A stretch of DNA of 64,000 bases from Lachnospiraceae bacterium (GTDB lineage Bacteria; Bacillota; Clostridia; Lachnospirales; Lachnospiraceae), in contig JAGALK010000145.1 of NCBI GenBank assembly GCA_017625255.1, positions 2,463-66,462 on the forward strand, read 5' to 3'. Shown in pieces: positions 1 through 8,440 of this stretch (position 1 is the stretch's first letter; the number at the start of each line of letters is the position of its first letter). A model generated the notes under the pieces. It was not told the DNA's origin, did not search any database, and saw nothing but the letters and a program-made list of their open reading frames with translations. The translations under genes were made by a program, and so were the position numbers.

Positions 1-165
1 ACTTTTGCCGAAAGCTACAATATTGATGAAGTCAGTATTGTTTTCATCATTATTGCTTCTAAGGCGACGGTCAACGGCAAGAGTGTATCTTGCAATCGCT
101 GTTGTCTGTGTGTAGCGTACATCGGGATCTCTTGTCAAACGACCCATAAGAATTACTTTATTCAT
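1..165 (-). CDS. ssb: single-stranded DNA-binding protein, N-terminal 55 codons only (gene runs out of the window)
   Basis: My translation of the reverse strand from ATG 165-163 (SD aggaaggag upstream): MNKVILMGRLTRDPDVRYTQTTAIARYTLAVDRRLRSNNDENNTDFINIVAFGKS. This is the canonical SSB OB-fold N-terminus. It is missing from the ORF track because it is truncated. Confidence 0.8.
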   Translation of the reverse strand, partial: MNKVILMGRLTRDPDVRYTQTTAIARYTLAVDRRLRSNNDENNTDFINIVAFGKS

Positions 166-236
166 ATTTTCTCCTTCCTGCACCAACTTTTCTTCTTTGG
201 TGCGACCACCTCCGGTTTCTCCGGACTGGGTGGCTG

Positions 237-346
237 TGACGACAAAAAAAGGAAGTACCCCTATGGAGTTCTTCCCTACTGTTAATCTTTTTTGTCGCAA
301 ATATATGATACAAGTATATAATACATTTATTTTGGGAAAATTGCAA
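237..346 (-). promoter_or_regulatory. promoter-leader cassette A (drives ssb)
   Basis: -35 TTGCAA 346-341, 17-bp spacer, -10 TATTAT 323-318. Leader hairpin 275-251 (GGAAGAACUCCAUAGGGGUACUUCC) followed by U7 (250-244). Two further hairpins lie before the RBS. Confidence 0.6.
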
Positions 347-481
347 GAAAAATTTAAAAAAATAGTGCGATGTAGGCTGAAATTATCTATTTTTATGCGT
401 TTTAAACAAAGAATGTTCATCACAAGAACATTTTTATACTGTTTTTGTGCAAGTTGCACAATAGAAGCGTAGTGATATTCC

Positions 482-510
482 AAAAAAAAAAGCCCCGAAT
501 ATTCGAGGCT
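482..510 (-). terminator. intrinsic terminator after the AAA+ ATPase gene
   Basis: AGCCUCGAAUAUUCGGGGCU followed by U9. Confidence 0.7.
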
Positions 511-547
511 TTTCTGTAATTTCTTGTATCTACTGCACAAATGCGGA

Positions 548-2389
548 TTAAACCTTGCCTGCTTCGTACAGTTCTTTTGCTTCCTGTACCTTGTGTGCTT
601 CATAATAGGTATAGAAAGCACCAGTCAGTATATCTTCGAGGTCTTCATACACCTGCGTCGCTTTTGAAAGCATCGTAGGAAACGCAGAAGCGATAACACA
701 TTCTTCTGTGACTTCGAGTTCTTCCCAACGCATTGATAACAGCATCGCTTTTTTCGCCCAGTTGTCTAACTCACGGGGACCGCAAATACCGTCGGTAATG
801 TCGTGGTCGCCACAATACTGTGCTACTTTGTGACAGCAGTTTACCATTGTGGTAAGCATCTGCTCGTTGGGGAAGCCCGTGTTAGAAATACATCTCTTTA
901 CTAACTCCTTTGTTGTGGGAAGTTGCAAATCGTATCTTTCGTCCACACGGGATAATACTGCCTGCTGTAAACTCTTACAGCCAGCATATCCAAGATTAGT
1001 TGTAAAAATCACAACTGCGTCCGGGTGCCGTCTGATTACTTCGCCCGTAGGGAGAGTAATAACAGCAGTATCTCCATATTCAAGAAGTGCATTTAATTCC
1101 TCTAATACGGTTTCGCGTTTGATAATGGTGGGTTCCTGTATTTCAATTACCCAGCCATTTTCCAAAGCCTCAATAATAGGGCTTTTTACGAAAACGAAAT
1201 CAGAAGAGAGAGAAGAGTTTTCTTCCATACATCTTCTTGAAATTTCATTATAGCAGTCAGAAGGGGAATTATAAACCGTCGGCTTTTTACCAAACAGCTT
1301 TTCATAAGCACCCTCAAAGTCATTTTCCACATCTTCAAAAGTAGGAAGACCTATCTTCTTGCAGATGTTACTTACTTTCTCCACTGCCTTCCTTGTGTTC
1401 GGTAAAAGCTGACCGATAAGCCCAAAACCGTCGGTGTCGGGACCACAAGTAAAAATCTTATGCGGTAATCCGATTTTTTCGGCTATTGACATAGCCAATG
1501 TTGTTTTACCGCTACCCGCAATACCCGTGAACAGAATATTTCTTATGGGTTTTTTAAACATTGTAGAGTGGAAGAGGTCTAACAAAATTGTTTTTACCAG
1601 TTCCGTATCTACATAAGTATCGGGCATTGTCGGCACCAGCATTTCCTCATACGCCGTTAATTTACGGTTGGGATTGAAGAAATACTGTCCTTTTTTAATT
1701 TTTTCCTGCTTCGGTGCCGTTTTTGCGGTCTGTCCCAAGAACTTAACGGGATTAAACCACGGTTTTAACGCCGTATTTTCCGTTACTTTCTTTAAGGTGG
1801 ACTGACGGAAATCTTCCGTCTTCGCCTGCATCGTTCCCGTTGCTGATTTGTAATGGTAATAAAGATTATTTGTCAAAAGACACAACTTCTTACCTAACAC
1901 TTCCAGCATCAACGGATCGTCCCAATCGTCTGCATCGGGTTCTAACTGAACCAACGGCTTTAAGTCATTGACTACCGCTATCAGTTCACTATCTCCCTGT
2001 GCAAGATAATGTCCCAAAAGGCAGGCTTTAAGGACTGTACCTTTGCGGTTTGCACCGTAGGGGAGTAACGCCCCTTTTTCATTCATTTCTCTAACCTTAA
2101 ACAATCCGTCGGATTTACGGTCAGAGAGTGCAATCTGTTCGGTGCGGTTCTCAACAAGGTTATAAACTTCTGTCACAACCAAGTTAGGTTCCGTAGCGAT
2201 ATTGATTGCTTTTTCCGTGTCAAAACCGAACATCTGACGCAAAATCTTATAAAAAGAAGTATCAGTGTTCAGTCCTGTGCTGTTTGATGTACTCCAAGTG
2301 GTCTGCACATCTTTCTGCGACCAACGCAGTTTTAATTTTTTTAATTTTCCGGGAAGTTCCTCCCCGAATGTAAATAACTGGTATGCCAT
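548..2389 (-). CDS. AAA+ ATPase (AAA_5 / MoxR-dynein-like core) with unknown ~280-aa N-terminal region
   Basis: 613-aa ORF with Walker A GIAGSGKTT. The downstream VIEIQEP and VVIFTTNLG...LSRV segments are typical of AAA_5. ATG 2389 sits behind the hairpin-SD element T1, and a terminator follows the stop. Confidence 0.7.
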   Translation of the reverse strand: MAYQLFTFGEELPGKLKKLKLRWSQKDVQTTWSTSNSTGLNTDTSFYKILRQMFGFDTEKAINIATEPNLVVTEVYNLVENRTEQIALSDRKSDGLFKVREMNEKGALLPYGANRKGTVLKACLLGHYLAQGDSELIAVVNDLKPLVQLEPDADDWDDPLMLEVLGKKLCLLTNNLYYHYKSATGTMQAKTEDFRQSTLKKVTENTALKPWFNPVKFLGQTAKTAPKQEKIKKGQYFFNPNRKLTAYEEMLVPTMPDTYVDTELVKTILLDLFHSTMFKKPIRNILFTGIAGSGKTTLAMSIAEKIGLPHKIFTCGPDTDGFGLIGQLLPNTRKAVEKVSNICKKIGLPTFEDVENDFEGAYEKLFGKKPTVYNSPSDCYNEISRRCMEENSSLSSDFVFVKSPIIEALENGWVIEIQEPTIIKRETVLEELNALLEYGDTAVITLPTGEVIRRHPDAVVIFTTNLGYAGCKSLQQAVLSRVDERYDLQLPTTKELVKRCISNTGFPNEQMLTTMVNCCHKVAQYCGDHDITDGICGPRELDNWAKKAMLLSMRWEELEVTEECVIASAFPTMLSKATQVYEDLEDILTGAFYTYYEAHKVQEAKELYEAGKV

Positions 2390-2440
2390 TTCTCTTTACC
2401 TCTCCCGCACCACGCTGGGTACGGTTCCTTTCTTTTTTTC
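2390..2440 (-). promoter_or_regulatory. hairpin-SD translation-initiation element T1 (AAA+ ATPase gene)
   Basis: RNA sense: GAAAAAAAGAAAGGAA-CCGUACC CAGCGU GGUGCGG-GAGAGGUAAAGAGAA-AUG; hairpin at 2424-2405. Confidence 0.5.
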
Positions 2441-2454
2441 TATTTCTGTTTGTG

Positions 2455-2853
2455 TTACGAAAACGGATTAGTCGCCAGCATTTGTGCCGTTTTACGCAGG
2501 TTGTCTTCCTGCTTTTTCGGTTCCTGCTGTTTACCTCCGTTATTTTCCTTACTCTCAAAAGGTATAAACCCTTCGGAGTAAGAGATGTCGATTACTCTAT
2601 AACCGATTGCGTCCCTGCCGTCTTTTGCGTAGGGTAGCATTTCGGCTATAACATCGACTAGGCTTCCTTTTTTGGCTTTTAACTTACTAATGCGTGTTGC
2701 CTGCTCGTCAAAAGCTGAAAGCCAGATTTTCAGATATTGTCCGTTGTAGTGCTTGTTAGCCGAACAAATCGGAAAATCTACTCGTTTTCCTTCATTAGAA
2801 AACTTCAAATCCCCGCTGATGCGGAAATTTGTCAATATAGCTTTTCCTGCCAT
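2455..2853 (-). CDS. possible OB-fold ssDNA-binding-like protein (132 aa)
   Basis: Start trimmed to ATG 2853 (SD aaggag). It is SSB-sized, has a KKGSLVDV...RVIDISY beta-rich core and a flexible Q/E/K-rich tail ending NPFS. The resemblance to SSB is weak. Confidence 0.4.
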   Translation of the reverse strand: MAGKAILTNFRISGDLKFSNEGKRVDFPICSANKHYNGQYLKIWLSAFDEQATRISKLKAKKGSLVDVIAEMLPYAKDGRDAIGYRVIDISYSEGFIPFESKENNGGKQQEPKKQEDNLRKTAQMLATNPFS

Positions 2854-2880
2854 TTTTTCTCCTTTCTTATTTCTTATTTT

Positions 2881-3024
2881 TGACAACAAAAAAAGGAAGT
2901 TACCCCGTAGGAGTATCTTCCTCTTGTTAGTCTTATTTTGTTAAAATTTGTTACAAGTATATAATACAATAATATAGGAAACTTTGCAAGCATAAAAAAA
3001 AGAGAGTAGCAATAGCCACTCTCT
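2881..3024 (-). promoter_or_regulatory. terminator-promoter-leader cassette B
   Basis: Family terminator 3024-3001 plus U-run. -35 TTGCAA 2989-2984, 17-bp spacer, -10 TATTAT 2966-2961. TTGTAACAA start region; leader hairpin 2921-2895 plus U7 (2894-2888); outer arms GACUAACAA/UUGUUGUC. Confidence 0.65.
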
Positions 3025-3033
3025 AATTTTATT

Positions 3034-3417
3034 TTAGGGTAATGATATATGTTCCGGAGTAATAAGCAGTACGAGTTTTTCGTCTACCTTTCCGATGTGC
3101 ATTTCACACACTTCCGACGGAATACACTCATTATCTGATTTCCAAATCGTATTTACCATAATAGGTAAATCAATTCCTTGCAGATACTTCGTGTGTCCTT
3201 CGCATATATCGTCGGTCACAAGCGAGAATGATTTACTTCCGGTACAAGTCTGTAAATTTCTCATTCCTTCTACTGTCTGATAGAATTTATCTATCTTATT
3301 CCACGCTTCCGTCATAGAATTTGCATCTTTGACATCTTCGCAGAGAGAAACCGCAACCTGCCTTATTTCTTCTGCATAATTTACGGCTAATTTCAAGCCA
3401 ATTTTTGCATCACGCAT
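3034..3417 (-). CDS. hypothetical protein (127 aa)
   Basis: ATG 3417 with SD aaggagg; 2-nt gap to the upstream gene; no motif recognised. Confidence 0.6.
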   Translation of the reverse strand: MRDAKIGLKLAVNYAEEIRQVAVSLCEDVKDANSMTEAWNKIDKFYQTVEGMRNLQTCTGSKSFSLVTDDICEGHTKYLQGIDLPIMVNTIWKSDNECIPSEVCEMHIGKVDEKLVLLITPEHISLP

Positions 3418-3419
3418 AC

Positions 3420-3959
3420 TTACGCCTCCTTTCCGATGAAAAATGAAATATGATTAGCGTCTTTATCTAACGCTTCCATAATTTCTTTTTCTTCGTACAG
3501 GTAGGAACGGTGTGTTGTAGTAGTTCCAGTTTTACGACCATACATATAGTCATAACACACCTTTTCCCATTCCGCAGGAGAGTAGAAGATTTCTTCCGGT
3601 GTGCCTTTATTTACGGTTACACCAGTAAATACTTCTGCATAACATCTTCTGTTTTCTGTCAATTCGCCCCAAGTGATAGAACGCTTTAACATGCGCAGAA
3701 GATGCTCTGCGTAATCATAATAAGTGCAATAACGGCTTCCAATTTTTAAGTCAAATCCGTCTGCTTCCTTCATAGGAAGGCGGTCTTTCTTATAATTTTC
3801 AGCCATTTCCTTAAATTCTTCCTCGGTGTAAATTTTACCCCGGAAATCATCACGGCTTCTTCCAGCGTTATCGTTATTGCACCCCGACAAAGAGAGATGT
3901 AAAAGCCTGCCGTCTGACAATCGGACAATTTTGGTTTCAAAAATGATACTATAACTCAT
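3420..3959 (-). CDS. hypothetical protein (179 aa)
   Basis: ATG 3959 with SD ggaggtg; tightly packed; no motif recognised. Confidence 0.6.
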   Translation of the reverse strand: MSYSIIFETKIVRLSDGRLLHLSLSGCNNDNAGRSRDDFRGKIYTEEEFKEMAENYKKDRLPMKEADGFDLKIGSRYCTYYDYAEHLLRMLKRSITWGELTENRRCYAEVFTGVTVNKGTPEEIFYSPAEWEKVCYDYMYGRKTGTTTTHRSYLYEEKEIMEALDKDANHISFFIGKEA

Positions 3960-4329
3960 TATTTGTCACCTCCATATTGTCAATTATTTTATAGGTGCCA
4001 ATCAAAGCCTCTTTTTCTTTCTGTAATTCCTCGATTTTTTTTGTAATTCCGGGGATTTCCGTATAGCAAATATAATTAAAAAATTTAAGTTTTGTATCCA
4101 TTTCATTATCGCTTAATGTAATAAGAAACAAATACTTTGAAACGCAGGAATACGGCATTACATTATCAAGAATATTCTTCGGTACTCTTGTATATGAGTT
4201 GTAATATATATAACCTTTTTTTCCTTCTTCTCTTTGCACTGTATATACTTTTTCTGTTTCCTTCACTGTATATTCGTACTTTGTTATCTTCTGGTTTTTA
4301 ATATCTAAAATAAATTCGTATAACTTCAT
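3949..4329 (-). CDS. hypothetical protein (126 aa)
   Basis: ATG 4329 with SD tggagga; 11-nt overlap with the downstream gene. Confidence 0.6.
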   Translation of the reverse strand: MKLYEFILDIKNQKITKYEYTVKETEKVYTVQREEGKKGYIYYNSYTRVPKNILDNVMPYSCVSKYLFLITLSDNEMDTKLKFFNYICYTEIPGITKKIEELQKEKEALIGTYKIIDNMEVTNNEL

Positions 4330-4357
4330 TTGATTTCCTCCATTTTCTTCTAATCTT

Positions 4358-4558
4358 CTAAACCATAATTCCTATTTCTATTGATCCGTCTGCCATAGGT
4401 AGTGCGTCCCAACTTTTCACAGTTGCACAAAGTAAATCCTTACGGATTGTCTTTAATTCCGCATAAGTTCCTTCAAAAACCACATTTTCATTTGTATCTT
4501 CTGATATGTTGATAATATGGTTATCTCGGGTGCCTTTTAAAAACTCTCTTATTTTCAT
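4358..4558 (-). CDS. hypothetical protein (66 aa)
   Basis: ATG 4558 with SD taggagg. Confidence 0.55.
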   Translation of the reverse strand: MKIREFLKGTRDNHIINISEDTNENVVFEGTYAELKTIRKDLLCATVKSWDALPMADGSIEIGIMV

Positions 4559-4612
4559 AAGTTCCTCCTAAAATAGAAGAGGGCGGTTGTGAAACCACCC
4601 TCTCGTTAATAG

Positions 4613-4906
4613 TTACTGCAACACGGTCAACCAAGCGTCCGTGTCGATAAAATCCTGCCAGTTCATATCTATCAGTCCCAGCCCGTCGGCTATCTGATAG
4701 AGCCATTCCTTACATTCAACGCTTCCGTCTTCTGCAAGGTTTTTGGCGAGATTTTTCACTGTTTCTGTCAAGGTATCATTCTCTTTGGAATAACAATAGT
4801 CTGCATAATATAAATACGCATTTGTCGCTACTTCCTTCGGAGTGAAAGAACCTCGCCAGTTGACATTGCCATATTCGGCAATGTCATAAAAGTCTTCATA
4901 ACCCAT
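4613..4906 (-). CDS. hypothetical protein (97 aa)
   Basis: Track ORF 4613..5056 trimmed to ATG 4906, which has SD taaggagg. The longer form would overlap the upstream gene. Confidence 0.55.
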   Translation of the reverse strand: MGYEDFYDIAEYGNVNWRGSFTPKEVATNAYLYYADYCYSKENDTLTETVKNLAKNLAEDGSVECKEWLYQIADGLGLIDMNWQDFIDTDAWLTVLQ

Positions 4907-4916
4907 ACGAACCTCC

Positions 4917-5108
4917 TTACTGTGCCTGCTTTTCGCACCACCCATCGGATAAGTCGTATAAGTGGAAGTGTGAAGCTGTGCTGTATTCTGCAACTGCCTC
5001 TTCTTCCATTTCTTCTGCACAGTACCACATATTGATTGCGTCCTGTGCCAAGACACCGATAACTACCGCAAAAACAGTTGTTACGAGCATAAATCCCACA
5101 AATTCCAT
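4917..5108 (-). CDS. small membrane protein (63 aa)
   Basis: ATG 5108 with SD aaggagg; N-terminal hydrophobic helix FVGFMLVTTVFAVVIGVLA; first gene after cassette C. Confidence 0.55.
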   Translation of the reverse strand: MEFVGFMLVTTVFAVVIGVLAQDAINMWYCAEEMEEEAVAEYSTASHFHLYDLSDGWCEKQAQ

Positions 5109-5140
5109 GTGAGCCTCCTTTCTTCGCTTTTTAGCGATTT

Positions 5141-5287
5141 GTGACAACAAAAAAAGGAAGTACCCCCTACGGAGTTCTTCCTTAATTGTCAGCCTTATTT
5201 TGTTGTTGATTGTTACAAGGACATTGTAGCAAATTATAGAACACTTTGCAAGTATAAAAAAGAGGGTAGCAGTGTACCCTCTTTTTT
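5141..5287 (-). promoter_or_regulatory. terminator-promoter-leader cassette C
   Basis: Terminator 5287-5256. -35 TTGCAA 5251-5246, 17 bp, -10 TACAAT 5228-5223. Leader hairpin 5181-5156 plus U7. Mini-hairpin CGCUAAAAAGCG 5136-5125 before the SD. Confidence 0.65.
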
Positions 5288-5306
5288 AATCAAATATGTA
5301 TTTTAA

Positions 5307-5480
5307 TTACTTTTCCTCTCCTGTAAGAAGTACAACTTTGTCACTGTGTCCGACATCACAGAGTTCTAAATTATCAAAACTTCTTACATTCGGGAAATTA
5401 CTATATCCATCGGTAAAAACAAACTCAAATTCAAAATCTGCGTATTGTTCGCATAATTTAGCCAAATCTTTTCCTGACAT
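5307..5480 (-). CDS. hypothetical protein (57 aa)
   Basis: Trimmed to ATG 5480 (SD aaaggag). The upstream part of the track ORF crosses a terminator-like hairpin. Confidence 0.5.
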   Translation of the reverse strand: MSGKDLAKLCEQYADFEFEFVFTDGYSNFPNVRSFDNLELCDVGHSDKVVLLTGEEK

Positions 5481-5587
5481 ATTATTTCTCCTTTCACGAT
5501 AAAATGTGGATTTGGTTTCAAACCTAATTATTCTTACTCTTAAAATAATAGGAGAGTAGAATACTCCACTCTCCATAATCTTGTTTC

Positions 5588-6859
5588 TTATACGGCTTCT
5601 TCTACTGCACATTCCTTGATTTCAATTTTCTTCAAGGAAACGGGTTCATCAAGTTTCTTCTTCGGTGCGATTTTGTAATTACGCACTTCCTTGATTACCC
5701 CGCCGGCTTTTTGTGCCTTCTTATTCTCTTTGACAATTTCTTTTGTAATCTTGTCATACAAGGCTTTGTCAAATTTCTCTACAAGACACTGTTTATAAAG
5801 GTCCGGCTGTTCGGCTTTAAGCCGTTCTTCATCGAAACCTGTGCGGGTTTCTTTGTATTTCAATGAAATAGCCACATACTTTTCATCATCAAGACGGTAA
5901 GTAGCGTATTCCGTTCCCGCTTCGGCAAAAGAGAGAATAGCGTTTACCAAAGCATATTCCTCGGCTTCGATTGTTTCCAATGCCTTTTCTGCCTTTTCCT
6001 TCCTTGCGGTCAACTCTGTTGCCTTCTCAATCAGTTCGTAAATTTCGTAACTGTCGGGAAGTTCCACCGCAGGGGCGTTTTCAGCAGGTTCGCCGTAAAG
6101 TCTTGTGTAATATTCCGCAAGCATCTTCTCGCTTTTTACACAAGGTTCGGGTTCCTTGCCTTCGTAGCAACATTCAATGAAATCTGCTACCGAAGACATC
6201 ATCTGCTGTTCAATATCCATATCTCTGCGGATAAGGATAATTGCGTTTTCTGCCTTTGTAAAGCCCCAGCTACAAGTGAGATATACGAACTCCACATTGG
6301 CAATCGCCATATAGTACCGACACTGGTACTCGTAGGATTTCGGCGGTATGCCTAATTTCCAATTTTTAATGTCGCTGTAAGAACTTGTAGTTTTACATTC
6401 CACCAAGCCTTCAACGCCGTTTACTTTAACTCTGCGGTCAAAGTTACCGAGGGCGAAAGGGTAGTGAGGGTGCTGATACATTGTGGTATCGTTCCATATT
6501 TCAATATCCTTCACGCCCTCGTCCTCTTTCATTTTACGGACGAACATATTTGCCACAAATTCTTCCAATTCGTGACCTGCTCTTAAAGCCTCTTCGTTCA
6601 TCGGCTTTTCTACCGCAGTTTTTAATCCGGTCTTCTGGTGGAAGAGTTCAAGGTTGGTCTTAAATTTCGACACTCCAAGAATTACTCCCACATCGGAACC
6701 GCCTGCGGTGTACTCAATGTACTCCGGGTGCGTCGGATCGTCGTAATGAGGACCGTGCTTTCTGCACCCTAACCATTCGGGGCTTCCGTCCACATATTTG
6801 CCTAATGCGATAGGCTTGTAGTTGGTGTTGATAGTTCCTGCGTTTGATACTTTACTCAT
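5588..6859 (-). CDS. YqaJ/lambda-exonuclease-like PD-(D/E)XK recombination exonuclease with ~150-aa C-terminal coiled-coil extension
   Basis: Trimmed to ATG 6859 (SD aaaggagg). Contains GGSDVGVILG and FDRRV...GLVECKTT (D...ExK), as in YqaJ viral recombinase family nucleases. First gene after cassette D. Confidence 0.7.
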   Translation of the reverse strand: MSKVSNAGTINTNYKPIALGKYVDGSPEWLGCRKHGPHYDDPTHPEYIEYTAGGSDVGVILGVSKFKTNLELFHQKTGLKTAVEKPMNEEALRAGHELEEFVANMFVRKMKEDEGVKDIEIWNDTTMYQHPHYPFALGNFDRRVKVNGVEGLVECKTTSSYSDIKNWKLGIPPKSYEYQCRYYMAIANVEFVYLTCSWGFTKAENAIILIRRDMDIEQQMMSSVADFIECCYEGKEPEPCVKSEKMLAEYYTRLYGEPAENAPAVELPDSYEIYELIEKATELTARKEKAEKALETIEAEEYALVNAILSFAEAGTEYATYRLDDEKYVAISLKYKETRTGFDEERLKAEQPDLYKQCLVEKFDKALYDKITKEIVKENKKAQKAGGVIKEVRNYKIAPKKKLDEPVSLKKIEIKECAVEEAV

Positions 6860-6889
6860 AAAGTACCTCCTTTCTTGAATTTGTTTTTT

Positions 6890-7040
6890 TGACAACAAAA
6901 AAGGAAGCACCCCTACGGAGTATCTTCCTTATTGTTAGTCTTTTTTGTTAAGTTGTAGTTACAAGTATATATTACAATAATATGGGAAACTTTGCAAGCA
7001 TAAAAAAAAGAGAGTAGCAGTAGCCACTCTCTCCTTTTTT
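6890..7040 (-). promoter_or_regulatory. terminator-promoter-leader cassette D
   Basis: Terminator 7040-7003. -35 TTGCAA 6997-6992, 17 bp, -10 TAATAT 6974-6969. Leader hairpin 6928-6903 plus U6. Confidence 0.65.
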
Positions 7041-7045
7041 TTTCT

Positions 7046-7516
7046 TTACGCAACTACCATATAACCATTATAACGGTCATTGAGCTTAATTTTATGAGTT
7101 TCATAATCGAAATCTTCTGTTTCTTCTATGAAAATCTGTGAACTCAAAGTTGCATCAGTGACTTCTCCGTTTTTCCATTTTAGAACGAAAATTTTGTAAT
7201 TTCCCTGCGACTGATCGGAAAATTCGTGGTAGAGTTCTTCTTCTCCCAGCATTTCGGACAGCTTTTTTGCGACAAACATCGGAGTTGCGTTTGCTGTCTG
7301 CAAGAAAATAGTATCTTCTTTTGTGTCAGAAAAGTAAAGTCTTCCGTCGCAACCCCAGTTAGCATATCGCCAACCAAAAATACCCGTCGGATCATATTCT
7401 TCCGCATACTGGGCGTATTCTTCCGGTCTTGACGGAATTACGGCATTAAAATCTTCGCCGTCCCATAATTCTGTCAAGCCTTTCGCATTAAAAATGTTTC
7501 TGTAAATGTTACTCAT
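7046..7516 (-). CDS. hypothetical protein (156 aa)
   Basis: Trimmed to ATG 7516 (SD aaggag); first gene after cassette E. Confidence 0.6.
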   Translation of the reverse strand: MSNIYRNIFNAKGLTELWDGEDFNAVIPSRPEEYAQYAEEYDPTGIFGWRYANWGCDGRLYFSDTKEDTIFLQTANATPMFVAKKLSEMLGEEELYHEFSDQSQGNYKIFVLKWKNGEVTDATLSSQIFIEETEDFDYETHKIKLNDRYNGYMVVA

Positions 7517-7546
7517 AGGTTCTCCTTCCTGCCTTTTTAGGCATAG

Positions 7547-7700
7547 TGACAACAAAAATAGGAAGTACCCCTTGCGGAGTTCTTCCTATTGTTAGTCTTT
7601 TTTTGTCGTCAAGATTTTTGTTACAGTGTCATTGTACTATATTTTGCAGTAAATTTCAAGCATAAAAAAGAGAGTAGCAGTAGCCCACTCCCTTTTTTTA
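7547..7700 (-). promoter_or_regulatory. terminator-promoter-leader cassette E
   Basis: Terminator 7700-7665. -35 TTGAAA 7659-7654, 17 bp, -10 TACAAT 7636-7631. Leader hairpin 7586-7561 (GCAA loop) then UAUUUUUG. Mini-hairpin 7542-7531. Confidence 0.65.
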
Positions 7701-7703
7701 TTT

Positions 7704-7964
7704 TTATGTTCTTAATAAATCTCTCACGATGCGTCCACTAAAACCAAAGCTGTTGTCACTTTTTGCGTATTGCATTTGCAAATACTTACGGTCTACATAT
7801 TTTGCCAATATTAGATTTTCGCCGTTATGTAGGATAGTTCCGTCTTTATTCGGGATTACTTTGCCTAATTGTATCTCTTGCAATACCACAGCTTTCATTG
7901 CATCATAATTCGGGTAAATTACTCTCAAAAAACTTTCAAATTTTACTTCGTCAATTTGTATCAT
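7704..7964 (-). CDS. hypothetical protein (86 aa)
   Basis: ATG 7964 with SD gggagga; 1-nt gap to nrdG. Confidence 0.55.
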   Translation of the reverse strand: MIQIDEVKFESFLRVIYPNYDAMKAVVLQEIQLGKVIPNKDGTILHNGENLILAKYVDRKYLQMQYAKSDNSFGFSGRIVRDLLRT

Positions 7965-7965
7965 A

Positions 7966-8427
7966 CTATTTTTCCTCCCGTAATCTGATTACTTTCTGAT
8001 TTGTACTTCCCGCCCATTCATAATTTTCGTCCCTTAAATCAGACATATACTTCCCGGTCACAATAACATCTAATCCTTGCAGAAGTGGAAGCGTACTTAT
8101 TTCTTCGTATTCATATCCGGTATAGAGCCAAATTGTTTTTTCGGGATATGTTTCTCTGATTTCGTCAATCAGCATTGCAATCACATCACGGTTTGCAGTG
8201 TGAAGCGGATCGCCACCACTAAATGTAACACCGTCTATATGCGGTTTATCCAATTCCTTAAATAGTTCAGCCTTTGTTTCTTCGGTAAAGTCTAAACCGC
8301 AATTTATATCCCAAGTGATAGGATTGTGGCAACCGGGGCAGTGATGTTCACAGCCCGAAACCCACAACACTACACGCAAACCGTCACCATTACGCATATC
8401 GTCTTTGGTTATGTTATGATACTTCAT
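7966..8427 (-). CDS. nrdG: anaerobic ribonucleotide reductase activating protein (radical SAM)
   Basis: Trimmed to ATG 8427 (SD taggagg). GLRVVLWVSGCEHHCPGCHNP is the NrdG-type CxxxCxxC cluster motif. Lies directly downstream of nrdD. Confidence 0.85.
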   Translation of the reverse strand: MKYHNITKDDMRNGDGLRVVLWVSGCEHHCPGCHNPITWDINCGLDFTEETKAELFKELDKPHIDGVTFSGGDPLHTANRDVIAMLIDEIRETYPEKTIWLYTGYEYEEISTLPLLQGLDVIVTGKYMSDLRDENYEWAGSTNQKVIRLREEK

Positions 8428-8440
8428 ATTATAGTACCTC

